From NCBI RefSeq assembly GCF_009914755.1, contig NC_060947.1: a stretch of DNA of 64,000 bases; one strand, 5' to 3'. The position numbers and the translations under genes were made by a program. This stretch comes from the human T2T-CHM13v2.0 reference genome, Homo sapiens. The notes beneath the pieces were generated by a model that made no database searches, was not told where the DNA came from, and worked only from the letters and a program-made list of their open reading frames with translations. Every line of letters begins with the position of its first letter. Position 1 is the stretch's first letter. This document shows, in pieces, positions 43,922 to 64,000 of this stretch.

Positions 43922-44415
43922 TGTGATGGTTAATTTTATGTGTCAGCTTGACTGGGCTAAGGAAGACCAGAAAGCTAGTAAAACGTTATTTCTGGGTATG
44001 TCTATGAGGGTGTTTCTGGATAAGATTAGCATCTGAATCAAGAGTCTGAGTAAAGAAGACCACCCTCACCAATGCAGGTGGCATCACGCAATCCATTGAG
44101 GGTACCAAGAGAACAAAAAGGCCAAGGAAGAGTGAATTTTCTTTTTTTGAACTGGGAAATTCATCATCTCCTGCCCTTAGACATCAGAGTTCCTGGATCT
44201 TGGACCTTCTGGCTTCAGGACTTACCCCAACAGCATCCCTGGTTCTCAGGCCTTTGGACTCAGACCAAATCACACCACAAGCATTCCTGGTTCTCCAGCT
44301 TGCATGGGACTTGCCAGCCTCTAGAATCACCTGAGGCAATTCTCATAATCCATCTCTTCCTCTAGATCTCTATACATCCTATTGGTTTGTTCCTCTGGAG
44401 AACCCTGCCTAAGAT
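43922..44415. mobile_element. MLT2-type (ERVL) solo LTR
   Basis: tgtgatggttaattttatgtgtcagcttgactgggcta...tctggagaaccctgcctaa. Confidence 0.8.
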
Positions 44416-44956
44416 AATTACACTATTCCCTACTTTTAAATATATTTGTGATTTTACATGATAAAAACAAAAACAAAAACAAAACAGGTACCCATCCTGA
44501 CCCAACGATTCCACTTCTAGAATCTGTAATATGTACATCTTTTTTCAAGAATTTTTTGAACAAAGATGTTTGTTATGGCACTGCTTGTAATAGTAATGAA
44601 CTGGAGATGACTCAGATGTCCATTAACGGAAGAACAGCAAAATATATTTTGCAACAACCAGACTACAGAATAACGTAATCATTATAAAGGGACAGATCCA
44701 CGTGTAATTACCCAGAGGAACATCCGTAACAGTAACATCTCATGGAAAAAACCTGAACTAAATGAAAAGCATGACCCCATTCTTTGAAATAAACACATTC
44801 ACATGTTAATGTACATAGACAAAAGTCTGTAAGGATACATATTAAAATGTTCAGAAAATCATTGCTGGGATTTATACAAGGTGGTCCTGGGTATATTTTA
44901 TTAATAACCATTCTAATAAGTGAATAAATTATTCTTTTTAATTTCTTGGTAATAGG

Positions 44957-45273
<317 letters not shown>

Positions 45274-45360
45274 TAGGCTCTTTTATGTTTTCTTTCCTGA
45301 GGACATGCACCTCAAAAACTACTGCATCATCCCAGATGTCAAATTAGTATCTAAAATGGC

Positions 45361-45573
45361 CAGACTTTCTCAACCGGGGTTCCATGACAGAATTAATCCC
45401 TGGAAAAAATTATTTGATTATTTGAGTGACTATTTTTTCAGTGCTCCCAAGGATGGTACGTAGCCAGCCTCATTCCGGATGCAGAAGAGAAATTCAATCA
45501 CTTCATACAATAGATGCCAGCGGGCATTAGGACTTAATTCTCTTGTGGAACCCAACCTGGGTTGGAAAGGGCT
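45361..45573. mobile_element. MER112-like hAT MITE
   Basis: cagactttctcaaccggggttcc...ttgagtgactatttt...cccaaggatggtacgta...ttaattctcttgtggaaccc. Confidence 0.65.
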
Positions 45574-45910
45574 AATCTAGACACTTGGCGACCTTCTGGA
45601 AACCTGTAATAATTAAGCCTGTATTTTGACTCGGACTTTTTCCATTTTCTACCTTGATCCTGTTCTAACATATTTTATCTTTCCTCTTTTTGTCATATAG
45701 AATCTAATTGAACTAACCTGCAAACTGGATCTCTTGTTGCACAGCCATTGTATAATATTCTTTAATTTTTAAGAGCCAACAGATACCAACTCAAATTTAC
45801 TAGAGCATTTAAATAATTTCTAATGTCTGTGGCAAGAATATGAAAAAGATTGAAACTTTTATGAGGCACAACATTTCTACATCTGTAATTAGCCAACTTT
45901 TGAGGTGTGA

Positions 45911-49130
<3,220 letters not shown>

Positions 49131-49646
49131 CATCTATTACTTATGTAAAAAATGCACAGAATAAAAACACAACACTGGATTGGGAATCATATAGAGCTAG
49201 ATCCTGGCTATTTTCACACCATTTATTACCCAATTGAATTTTGAGGAGGGCACTTAGCCCTTCTGTGCCTCAGTCCTTCACCTGAAGTGTCTGACTTTGC
49301 TTACCTCAAAGCATTGCCATGAGCTATGGGTGTGCCAGAGCACTGACTTGCCATCAACCATCCTGTCTCCCTGGCCCTCTTTTCTATACTGTGTGTCTGT
49401 AAGAGGAAATTCATAGGGCAAGAGACAAATAGAATCCCAATAAATCCTCCTTCTAAGCCAGCCCTGAGCTTTAACACACAAAAGGTCTCATTAGACCAGT
49501 GTCCTTTCTAGAATAAACTTTGTGTTGGGTCACCTGTCAAAAACCTTACAAGAGACTTCTGCTTCCAATTAAGATGTAGAAGAATGTGAAAGGTCTTCAC
49601 TCCTGTAGTGACAATAAAAACCCCAACAAATGTAAAAATCACACTG

Positions 49647-50552
<906 letters not shown>

Positions 50553-50572
50553 TGAGCAGTAATTCTGAATAG

Positions 50573-52803
50573 TGTCCTACTGGGGCAATCACTGGGGTCT
50601 GCCCTCAAATGCATTCTTGGCCTTTCTGCAGCCCTGCTTTGTGTTACAGGGGAGCTGACTCCTCTAGGCTGCTGTGCTCAGCTGACAGCAACCGGTGGGA
50701 GGCACTGGGGGCAGAGGGTGAGGCCCTGGAGGATGGGATGGAAGAAGCCAGCGCAGTTTCTTCTCCCACTTTTTCTTGGTGTGCATGGCCACTCCAGCAA
50801 TAGCCACATCTCTTTGTTAGACCCAGCTCCCACCAGGCTGGCTCACGATTGTTCCAGGTGATCCTGGCACCTGGGCTCTGGTAACATCACCTCTTCCCTG
50901 GGTCCCTCCAGCCAAGCGGGTGACAGCAGCTTCCTGCTGATGCTAACTTCAGGGCTGCCTCATCATTTCCGATTGGTTTGTCAGCTCTTCTATCACCTGT
51001 GTAACCAATTTCCTACATTAAGTTTCTTCTATTTTAAATACTTAGAGTGGTCTTTGTTTCCCGATTGGACCCTGACAAATACACACCTACCACAAGAAAG
51101 CAGGTGCCCTGCTCTGGCCAGATGCCTCGTATTTACATACATGGAAGGGAACAACTAGAAGCGACCTGTGTCTTAGTGTGAACAATGTTCAGAGTCAAAT
51201 AAACGTACAGACCCGAATAGTTGTTTTTCTACTCTACAAATAGGACCCAGTTATGTATCAGGCACAATCACCATGAAATCATCCACCCTAGCTGCCATCA
51301 TCCCAACCTTTCCCAGTCTCCTGGGATGGCAAAGCACCACCTGTGAAGGCCAGGGTCTACAGTGGGCTGATAGGCCCTCTGATGGGGCTGGGCATTTCCC
51401 AGGCTGGCTTTCCCATTCACACAAAGGCAGCAGGAGCTGAAGAGTGGCCTTGCCTGAACTCTCTGTCCTGCTCTGTGACATGTCACCAGGAATCTCCACG
51501 CTGATAGATCCAGTTAAACTCTACTCCTTATTTGCAAGTTGTAGCAGCATCACCAAGCCCCATTTCTTTTTTTCCTGGGCACTCAGCCAGACCACATTTC
51601 CCAAGTTCCCTTGAAGTGAGATTAGGACACGAGACTGACTTGTGGCCGATGAAACATGGAAAGAAGTAATGAACATCACTTCCTGAGCAGGCTCCTACAA
51701 CCCTCTCTAGTACAGTCAAAAGTGCAAACAACTCAAATGCCCATCAACTGATGAATTAATAAAATGTGGCCTATCTGTACAATGGAATATTAAGCCAAAA
51801 AAAGGAATGAAGTCCTGACACATGATACCACATGGATGAACCTTGAAGACAGTATGCTAAGGAAGCCAGACACACACAAAACACATATTGTATGATTCCA
51901 TTTATATGAAATGGCCAGAACAGGCAAAGCCATAGAGACAGAAAAGAGACTAGTGTTTTCCTCAGGCTAGAGAGTGAGGCGGAAGAAGAGGGGGTACCCA
52001 TTAACAGGTTGCCAAAATGGATCAGTGATTGCTTAGGAATAGGGGGGGAAGAATTGAGGGAAGCCGGGAAGTGGGGTTAAGTGGTAATGGGTATGGGCTT
52101 TTGGTGGCGGGGGGAGGATGATGAAAACATTCTAAAACTGATCGTAGTGATGGTTGTACAACTCCGAATATGCTAAAAAAACCCACCGACTTGTACACTT
52201 TAAATGGGTTGTTTTTTGGGTCTTTGAGACAGGGTTTGGGTCCGTCGTCCAGGCTGGAGTGCAGTGGCACGATCTCACTGCATCCTCCGACTCCAGGGCT
52301 CAAGCCATCCCGAGTAGCTGGGAATATAGGCATGCACCATAATGCCTGGTTAATTTTTTTGTATTTTTTTGTAAAGACAGGGTTTTGCCATGTTGCCCAA
52401 GCTAGTCTCGAACTCCTGAACTCAAGCCATCCGCCTGCCTTGGCCCCGCAAAGTGCTGGGATTACAGGTGTGAGCCAATGCATCCAGCCAAAATGGGTTA
52501 ATTGTATGGTATGAGAATTACATCTCAGCAAAGCTGTTCCAAACTCAGATACAAAACCTCTCTAACAAGTCACCATGCTCTTTTCCTATCATCTGGCTGA
52601 AAGGAGATCTGAGGATCCAGGAGAGGGCAGAGCCTCAAGATGTAAGGAGACTGAGTTCACCAAGAAATCACCTGAAGAAGAGACTGCCCAGCCAGGATAC
52701 ATCCACATTGGAATAGTGCATGAGTGAAAAGAAACTTCCATCATGTGAAGTCACTGAAATTGTGGGGCTGTCTGTTACAACAGTTACACTAGCCTAATAC
52801 ACA
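50573..52803. mobile_element. LTR33-like LTR (~50573-51083); MLT1-like LTR split by an L1M 3' end and an antisense Alu (52215-52489)
   Basis: LTR-like termini ending in aataca; L1M 3' UTR motifs 51710-52530. Confidence 0.55.
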
Positions 52804-53225
52804 AGTCAACACCACCGAGGCGGCAGGGGTTCCCTCGGTCAGGAAGATCTGTTCCCCTCTGAGTTTTTATCAAATCCCTTTTTTAGCAGACACCAGGGAT
52901 TCTCACGCTAGGAAGACTTCCATCACCACTGACCCTGACCTAGCCCATGTGGACTCCTCTACTTTTCTGCATTCCCTGCTTTGGGCCACACCCTACTTCA
53001 ATGGTTATCTTTGGGTAGTGGTATCAACGGTAATTATGTTTTTATATTTTTCTGTATACAATGAGTATGTCTGACTTGGATGTTTTTGTTTTTAAGCACA
53101 GACTCACATATAAATAAAGAAAATACAATACGTTTACTTTCTACTACCAAACTTTAAATTAACTGTAGCACCCAGACACTCATTATGTGGCTCTCTTCTA
53201 ATACTATACCACAGTTGATCATTAG

Positions 53226-54066
<841 letters not shown>

Positions 54067-56018
54067 CCCATTCAACAAATCTTTACTGAGTGCCTACTCT
54101 GTGGGTGGCACAATGTTACTAGGCACTGGCTATATCACGGCCTAGTATACACCATGGCCCCTGCCCCCTCAGGCTTATAGTACAGCAGGAGGGATGATAG
54201 GTATTAAGCAAGTAAACACAGAAATGGAGTGCTATAAAGGGAAATAGCAAGCGCTATGAGAATGAGTAACAATAGGAACATCCTTTCCAGACTTGGTATT
54301 CTTTGCAACATCAGCTTTTCTCAGAAAGAGACACTGAAACTAGACCCTGAAGGATCATCAGCTTCAGTCAGGTAAGCAATGAGGGAACGAGTATTCTGGG
54401 CGGGGGCACAGCATATGCTAACATCCACAGCTGAGAACAGCCTGCTGCCCTAAGACTGAAGGCGGATGAGGGCAGCTAGAGAGGAGCAAACCGGGAGGGA
54501 CGGGCCAGGCCACATGGAGTCATTTCTATTCCTCTTATGCCAAGTTTCTCAAAGGCTCTGCCTAATCAAGGAACTTCCTACTCCAAAGGACTCAGGAGCT
54601 ATTCTCCAGGTTTCATATGTCACTCCAAATGGCTTTCCAGATTCTAGCTCCTCCCAAGAAGCCTTCCCCCAAATACCCAAGTAATAGCCATTTTTCCATA
54701 AATGTGCTCCACTTACCGGGCCATCCTCACACCCCCAGCTGCACAGGAAAACTAGCACATGGATAGTTCCTTCATGTCTCCTGAATCCTTTTCTGCACAT
54801 TCCTGCCATCCATGAATAATCCCCCAAGGGCTGGCTGCTGGTGAGAACTTCCTTTCATCTGACTTGCTGAGCAACTATTCTTTAAAACCTCAAGAAAAGT
54901 GGCATTGTTGTTAAAATAATATTTAGTGCATGTCACCTAAGATCACCACGAGACCTATTCTAGTGTGCTGCTAAGAGTAAGCGTCTAGGTCATTTTTCAT
55001 AGGAATTTTCTCATCTCATACAGGTCCTCTGATGGTTATCACTGATGTTTCCTTTGGCTTGATGGCAGAGCCAAGATCGCCATCTGTTCTTAAAGGGAGG
55101 GATCACAGGAGAGTTTTCTCTCTACAGTGATTCTCCTGAGCTGCTGTGAGGAGAAGCCAAATCTACGTGTGCAAAATCCAGAGATACGCCACTAAAACTT
55201 TTCTACCTGCTCAGAACGATATTCGTTGGCCGCTCAATCACGCATTAAAAAAATAGAACCACTTTTGAATAAAGAAATATCTCAAGGAAAAATCTTCAAT
55301 ACAGTAGCCAGGCAACTATGGCATCAATACCTCTGGTAACAGATCTCGAAGTGTACATATTTTAGATCATTCCTGGCATCTTCTGCAGAGCAGAACAAAC
55401 TACAAGAAACTAAAATTAAATTCTCCCCAGAATTCTGTACAAAACAGAACACAGGAAGACTCAGAAGCTCCTCAGAAATTGATATTTCAAGAAAAACAGT
55501 TGATCAGAAAAAGAAGGCATTAGAGATTTAAAACAACATCAACTCCCACAAGGGCAGTAGGTGCGAAAGACACACAATGGCCTGATAGCATCCCACTGCC
55601 ACTCACCTGTAGGCTTGATGGGTCCCAGTGCCACTGCCATTCTCCCTCTCCCCACTACCCCTGGGAGTGTCCCACCCCCAGGGCAGCCCTCAACCAGTGA
55701 TGGCTGAGAGTTAGTGGATAGGTCCCCAGCTTCCTCGTCCACTGGATGAGACAACTCTATATGTTGTTCTATAGAGAATGTTCTATAAAGCCTCCCCAAA
55801 CTCCTCAACACTATACAGCCTCAGTTTCCCACACAGTGGTCATCTGCTCATTAATATACCCTCTACTGCCTTTCTTCTTTTCCCTATCTCATTTCCCTGT
55901 CTCCCTTCTGAAACTTCCTAGGCTCATCTCCCAAATAAACTATCTGCCCCCAAATTCGTATCTCAGGGGCTGTTTTGGGGTGGGGGGAGACCTAGATTAT
56001 GACTCTAGACATGTATTA

Positions 56019-56759
<741 letters not shown>

Positions 56760-57669
56760 CTAGACAGAGACTAGCTGAGGTAGTGGGCAAATAATTTGAG
56801 GAAAATTTGGCATTTGGCCGTGAAATAAACTGTATGTGTGCCTTTTAGTTCACTTAACCTGCGTTCTAACAAAATCTTTTATTGTTTAAGGAAAAACTCC
56901 GTTATTATAACGTGTTACTAGGAAGCAAAGTGAGAAAGCACACAGAGTAGGTTTTCCTCTCCCTGGGAACGGTGACGTAATTGAGTTTACAACAACAAAT
57001 AGGACTGAGATAGATCGCTGATAGGATAAAGAATCCATCATAAAGCAAGGTCTTAAAGGATCTGTCTCTAATCATTCAACTAATAAAATGATGCTTCAAG
57101 TTATAGACTCAGAACTTTTGAAAGGAGAGCAATATTCAAAATCATCTGGTCCAAATCACTCTCTCTCTCTCTCTTTAAAAAAGATGACTATAAGGTCTAG
57201 GTCTAGGAAAGTTTGGTGACCTGCCTAAGGCCATGCAGATAGTGGTGGAGTCGTAACCTGGCTCATGTCAGTCCAGTTTACAAAACCTTCAGTAATTACT
57301 CCCTAGGGACTACAGAACAAAATTCAAATTCCTTAGCTTATCAGTCAAGGTCCTTAACCCCTGGGGCCAACCTCCCTCCTCAGCCATCTATTTCTCCCTA
57401 TCACCTAAATAAACCCTTCAGTCAGGCTAAACTGGACTGTTCACTGTAGTCAGAGCCCATCTTAACCTCCGGTCTTGTCAAACATCAACCACTGAAATAC
57501 ACGGGGTGGCATCGGGTGAACTTGTAATCTGGCACCTGGAGTACAACTAAAGAGACAACCTCAACTGGAACTGGTACCCAGCCTACAGCCTTCCCTTCCT
57601 TTTTTTAAAAAAATTATTTATTTATATATTTTAAAAATTAATTAGGTAATTTATTTTTTAAACTTAATG

Positions 57670-57940
57670 ATTTATTGATTGAGACAGGGCCTGGCTCTGT
57701 GGCCCAGGCTGGAACGCAGTGGTACAATCATAGCTCACTGCAGCCTTGACCTCCTGGGCTCATGCGCTACTCCTGCCTCAGTCTCCTGAGTAGCTGGGAC
57801 TATAGTTGTACACCACCACACCGGCTAATTTTTAAATTTTGTTTTGTAGAGACGGGGTCTTGCTATGTTGCTCAGGCTGGTCTCAGACTCCTGACCTCAG
57901 GAGTTGCTGGGATTACAGGTGCAAGCCACTGTGCTTGGCC
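57670..57940 (-). mobile_element. AluJ-like, internally deleted
   Basis: Antisense Alu motifs. Confidence 0.8.
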
Positions 57941-58348
57941 CTTTTTATTTCTTGTCTTCTGTATGTCCACTTCTACTAATTCCTGGGAAGTAAAGTGACT
58001 TGCCCACAGATACCCAGCTAGTTAGGAGGAGAACTGGGATAGAATACAGGCTGCCTAAATCTCAAACCAACACTTTTCCTACAACACAAAGTCCTTTCTT
58101 TACAAGTCCTTCAACACAGGCATAAACGTATCCTCCCTACATTGCTGAAATAAGAGCTGTGATATACTACAAAGTGTTCAAACACACTGAAACACAACTG
58201 TTCTGAATCTTAAGTGAAGCATTATCCAAACTCACTTACTGATAATATTTCATCTAAAGTAAAATGTGAATTGCCATCCTGAATTTAGAAGGGGGTTATA
58301 TAGGGTTGATTTAGTGGCCCTTCTGTCTCTTTAGAAACTCACCCACGA

Positions 58349-58759
<411 letters not shown>

Positions 58760-60194
58760 TCAACACCCGCTCTAAGGTGTAGGAGGCTGAATCTACAGGA
58801 AAGTCAATGTTTCCTAAGTGGAACTGTGGCTTTTCTCATTTGTTTGAAATCCTCAGGCAGTGGGCGAGAAGGCAGCTTTTCCAGGGTTAGTGTCTCCTGA
58901 ACTTCCAGTTTGGTCTTCCTGACTCAACGTGGCAACGAGGACTTCACAATGCAGCTAACAGGGAATGTCCACATGCGATTGATTCAGAGTGCCAAGCGGA
59001 GGCCCTGGTAGCAACTTACATGGGTCAGGATTTTCCTCAGGAATGGTTAATAATTAACGGTTTACCCTGCATGTCAAAATGTATTACAAATAAATTCCCA
59101 GTCCTTATGTCCTCAACTGATATCTGAGGCTGGTAACTGCAATACATGCTACCATGAGCCTCAAAACAATCAAGTGAGCAATTGGCAGGGCTGTTAACAG
59201 TGTTAACCAATTTTCTGGATGCCCAGTCACAAAGATATGTTAAAACAATGTCTCCTGTATTTGACTTTACTGTTATGGGGGAAAAAATACCTTAAACCAC
59301 TGGAGGAAGGTCCCCCCCTGTCCCCGAAAAAAAATTATACATGAGAAAAACATAAGGAACTGTGTTCTTAAATCTCACTGATGAAAAAATTTGATGTCAG
59401 GTATGGAAAAATTTTATTTTAAAGTCCTTTACGCATTGTATTCATTAGTCTTAGCTCTCTCAGTGTTGCATTTTCTTAGGCTGATAGAAAACTTGGTCAT
59501 AACATTGTTTTCAGTTCAGACTATCATTGGAGATGACCTAACACTGGTGGTTGGAATTCTCTGGTGGGAAATAGAAGGGCAATTAACATTCATCCAACAT
59601 TATCTAGGCACCAGACACTATGCTAATATTTTACTTATGATATTATTTAATTTTTAAAGCCTCAAATTAATTCCCACCATTCTACTTTTTTTTCCCAGCA
59701 GTCCAGTCCACAGTTTTGTGGGTTGTAAACAGTAGAGCAGTTTTGGAGTATTTCTCAAACCATTCCCCAAGTTGAATGCTCTCTGGGTGACCAACAGCCA
59801 GTTAAGAGCTCTGGGCCACTTTTTGGCCACATTACAAGCAGTTTTTCTTGTCTACTTTAAGCAACCATAATTCCTACAGACTAAGCCACTTGGCACTCGC
59901 CCTGTTGACTCTGTAATCTTTTTATGTAACACTAGGTTATCTCCCGATTAGAATTAAGAAGTGTAAATGAGGGATAAATGGAGGAGCTATCAAACTTTTA
60001 TGAACTGCCTTCTAGCTGCCAGGGGCCGTGCAGTCATTTGCATATGGCATATCTTATTTAGGCATCACCATCCTGGTTTACAGATGAACAAATTCAGGCT
60101 GAAGGAGTTTAATTAGCTTGACAACATCATATTGTTGGTGATGCAAATGTCAAAGCGTGCACTTTTTCTATACCTCAAATGCCTCCCTGTAAAT

Positions 60195-60421
60195 CAGTGG
60201 TCTCAACCAGAAGGGATTTTTGTCCCCTATGGGACATTTATCTATGTCTAGAGACATTTTTGGTTGTTACATTGGGTGAGGTGTGGGGGGAGTGGTATTG
60301 GCATCTAGTGGGTAAAGACGAGGGATGTTGCTAAACATCTTACTATACATAGGACAGCCCCCATGACAGAGAGTTATCCAGCTCCAAATATCAATAGTGC
60401 CAAGGTGAAGAAACCCACTCT
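60195..60421. mobile_element. MER20
   Basis: gacatttttggttgt...ggcatctagtgggta...gggatgttgctaaacatc...aatatcaatagtgccaagg. Confidence 0.8.
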
Positions 60422-60489
60422 AAATCAATAAACTTTGAATTTACCAAACGATCGCTTTTTTCTGCAAATACCTATATTCAGATCAACCC

Positions 60490-60722
60490 TGTCCCACGCA
60501 AAATAGTCATCTCAGAGGGCCAGAGACTTATTAGAACGATGTTCTGGTGCTAAAAGCACTTCTATAAATTTCTCTTAAGAATTTTTTTTCAGAGCCAAAG
60601 GTATGTTATTTTAAATATTGTCTGTGGTGGCAATCTCTGTATTTTGCTAGTAGTTTTGGTATTTGGAAATGGTCAAAAGTTATCCCTCAAACCTGGTAGA
60701 AAAAATATGGGTGATCAAGCTA
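60490..60722. mobile_element. Ancient mariner-like (MARNA-type) fragment
   Basis: aaaatagtcatc...acttattagaacgatg...ttcagagcc...ggtggcaa...ttggaaatggtcaaaagt...gggtgatcaagct resembles the remembered consensus. Confidence 0.5.
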
Positions 60723-61741
60723 CACAGTAATAGTAAGAGCAATAGCCAAGCACCTGCTTCGTGCCAGGAGTACTCCAAGTGATACTACATGGTAGATGTC
60801 AGTATCACATTTTATAAATGGGGACACCAACGTTTGAGGAGGTTAAATTACTTGACCACGGCCATAACAATAAAGTACAGAAGCAGGAACTGGAACCCAA
60901 ATCTGTCTTCAGAACCCATTGGAATGATATTGATTTCCTATGTGCCTTGAAAGCTAGCAATTCCAAATTAGCTGGGCATGGTGGCATGTGCCTACTTAGG
61001 AGGCTGAGGTGGGAGGATCACTTGAGCCCAGAAAGTCAAGGTTGCAATGAGCCATCATCACACCACTGCACTCTAGCCTGGACAACAGAGGAGAGGAGGA
61101 GAAGAGGACAGGAGAAAAGGGAGAGGAGACGAAAAAAATAAAGAAAGCTGGCAATTCCAAAGAAAAAAATTCCTCTCTGACTGATGCCATAATATTCTGA
61201 ATAAAGGCAGCATTGCCAAAATCAATGCAGAACACTGCAGTGAAATTCATTTGAATCAAACAAATTCACTTGTTTGTATAAGTTCAGGTGTGTGTGAGAG
61301 AGAAATATACACGTGTAATTTTTTATTTTTATTTTACCTTTAAGCTCTGTTGGACTTGAAAACGTGATTTTTTAAAAAATCACCTGTTAACTTCAGTCAC
61401 CCCTCATGAACCCTCTTCCTTTACATACAGCCCTTCTACTGACACATAAATAAGTTAGTAAATAAAGGAGGAAGGACAAAAAGGAGGGAACTGAAGAAGG
61501 AAACAGAAAAGGAAGATATCACGGGCTCAAGGAGGCCAGTGAGGAGCAATGAAGACAGAGCCCTTTAAGCAAATATTTTTTTAAAAGATAACATGTATTA
61601 TTGGCAAGGCCACTGCTCAGAAGATAAGATGGTTCATTTATCAAAAAAAAAAATACAACTGGCTTTTTGTTATAAAAAGTATACATGTGGCAAGGATTTC
61701 ATGGGTATGACATTGAAAGCACAGGCAACAAAGCAGGATTA

Positions 61742-62125
<384 letters not shown>

Positions 62126-62706
62126 TCAACCTATACAATATAGGAAAACAGTTACAAATTGTATATTTGATCGGGAGTCAATAGCCAGAATATATATATA
62201 TAAAAAAAAAAACCCTCCTACAACTCAACAACAACAAAAATCAAATAACCTTTTAAAAAATTGGGCAAAGAACTTGAATAGACATTTCTCCAAAGATAAT
62301 ATACAAATGGCCAACAAGCAGATGAAAAGATGCTCAGTGTCACTAATCAGAGAAACGTCCATTGAAACTACAATAGGCTATCATCTTATACGCATTAGGG
62401 CAGCTAATAAAAAAAAAAAGGAAAACAGAGAATAAGTGTTGGCAAGGATTGGAGAAACTGTACACCGCTGGTGAGATGTAAATGGGGCAGGCACGATGGA
62501 AAACAATTTACAGATTCCTCAAAAAATTAAAAATATGCCAGGCATGGTGGTTCATGCCTGTAATCTCAGCACTTTGGGAGGTTGAGATAGGTGGATCACT
62601 TGAGGTCAGGGGTTCTAGACCAGCCTAGGAAACATGGCAAAATCCCATCTCTACCAAAAAACATTCGCCAGGTGTGGTGGTGTGCACCTGTAGTCCCAGC
62701 TACTCA

Positions 62707-62808
<102 letters not shown>

Positions 62809-62810
62809 TC

Positions 62811-63044
62811 AGAAAAGAGAAGAGAAGAGAAGAGAAGAGAAGAGAAGAGAAGAGAAGAGAAGAGAAGAGAAGAGAAGAGAAGAGAAGAGAAGAGAAGAGA
62901 AGAGAAGAGAAGAGAAGAGAAGAGAAGAGAAGAGAAGAGAAGAGAAGAGAAGAGAAGAGAAGAGAAGAGAAGAGAAGAGAAGAGAGAAAAGAAAAGAGAA
63001 AAGAAAAGAAAAGAAAAGAAGAAAGAAAAAGAAAAAGAAAAAAA
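62811..63044 (+). repeat. (AAGAG)34 plus (AAAAG)n homopurine tract forming an Alu tail
   Basis: Perfect AAGAG units 62815-62984; only purines from 62811 to 63044; TSD aaaaaattaaaaata. Confidence 0.97.
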
Positions 63045-63344
63045 TTAAAAATAGGACTACCATATGATCCAACAATTTTACTTCTGGGCATATATCCAAA
63101 AGAATTGGAAGCAGGGTCTAGAAGAAATATTTGCACACTATGTTAATAGTAGCACTATCCACAATACTCAAGAGGTAACCTAAATGTCCATCGACAGATG
63201 AATGGATAAACAAAATGTGGTCTGTACATACAATGGATTATTCACCCTTGAAAAGGAAGTTCTGACACATGCTACAACCATGAATGAACCTTGAGGACAT
63301 TACACTAAGTGAAATAAAGCAGTCAGAGAAAGACAAACCCTGTA

Positions 63345-63550
63345 CAAGGTTGTTCAACCAGCGGCCCATATGGTCCATGATGGCTTTGAATGCAGCCCAA
63401 TACCAATGCGTAAACTTTCTTAAAACATTATGAGGTTTTCTTGCAATTTTTTTTTTTTTAGCTCATCAGCAATGGTTAGTGTATTTTATGTATGGTCCAA
63501 GACAATTCTTCTTCCAATGTGGCCCAGGGAAGCCAAAAGATTGGACAGTA
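63345..63550 (-). mobile_element. MER30 (hAT-Charlie)
   Basis: caagacaattcttcttccaatgtggcccagggaagccaaaagattggaca is the reverse complement of the MER30 5' end. Confidence 0.85.
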
Positions 63551-63816
63551 GTGCTGTACGATTTCACTTATATGAGGTACCTGGGATAGTCACAGTCACA
63601 GAAACAGAAGAATGGTGGTTGCTAGGGACTGGGGAAGGGAGCAACGGGCAGCTGTTTAATGAATGTGTGCATAGTTTCAGATTTACAAAATGAAAACTTC
63701 TAGAGCCCCGTTTCACCATATGTGAACATATTTAACAGTACTGAACTATATGCTTAAAAGTGGTTAAGATGGTAAATTTTATATGTATTTTTTTGCTACA
63801 ATAAACACCAAACCAA

Positions 63817-64000
63817 GGCCGGGCACAGTGGCTCATGTCTGTAATCCCAGCACTTTGGGAGGCTGAGGCGGGTGGATTACTTGAGGTCAGGAGTTTGAGA
63901 CCAGCCTGGCCAACACGGTGAAACCTCGTCTCTACTAAAATACAAATATTAGCCAGGCGTGGTGATGCGCACCTGTAATCCCAGCTACTCAGGGGGCTAA
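63817..64000 (+). mobile_element. AluS cut by the window edge
   Basis: ggccgggcacagtggctcatg. Confidence 0.9.

Overview
Primate (human-like) genomic DNA, not microbial. The minus strand carries 12 internal coding exons (1,436 nt, all splice phases compatible) of MAP3K15/ASK3, a MAP kinase kinase kinase of the ASK family. They run from the TPR-like central regulatory region through the PH-like domain into the kinase domain up to the activation loop; the exon numbers 7-18 are inferred from memory of the gene model. The gene starts beyond the right edge and ends beyond the left edge. One intron has a GC donor. The rest is intronic and repeat-rich: about 45 Alu copies or fragments (including a young AluYa5), a full-length disabled L1PA antisense to the gene, older L1M, L2 and LTR relics, and Tigger2, MER and MADE1 DNA transposons. 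Nearly all ORFs in the supplied track are repeat artefacts. I see no convincing new biological system. The best leads are a ~330-bp, ~90% identical non-Alu inverted duplication next to an in-frame skippable exon, an L1 antisense promoter pointing into the kinase half of the gene, an (AAGAG)34 Alu-tail repeat, and a probable Alu-Alu gene-conversion tract. Repeat family names and boundaries are by eye and approximate.
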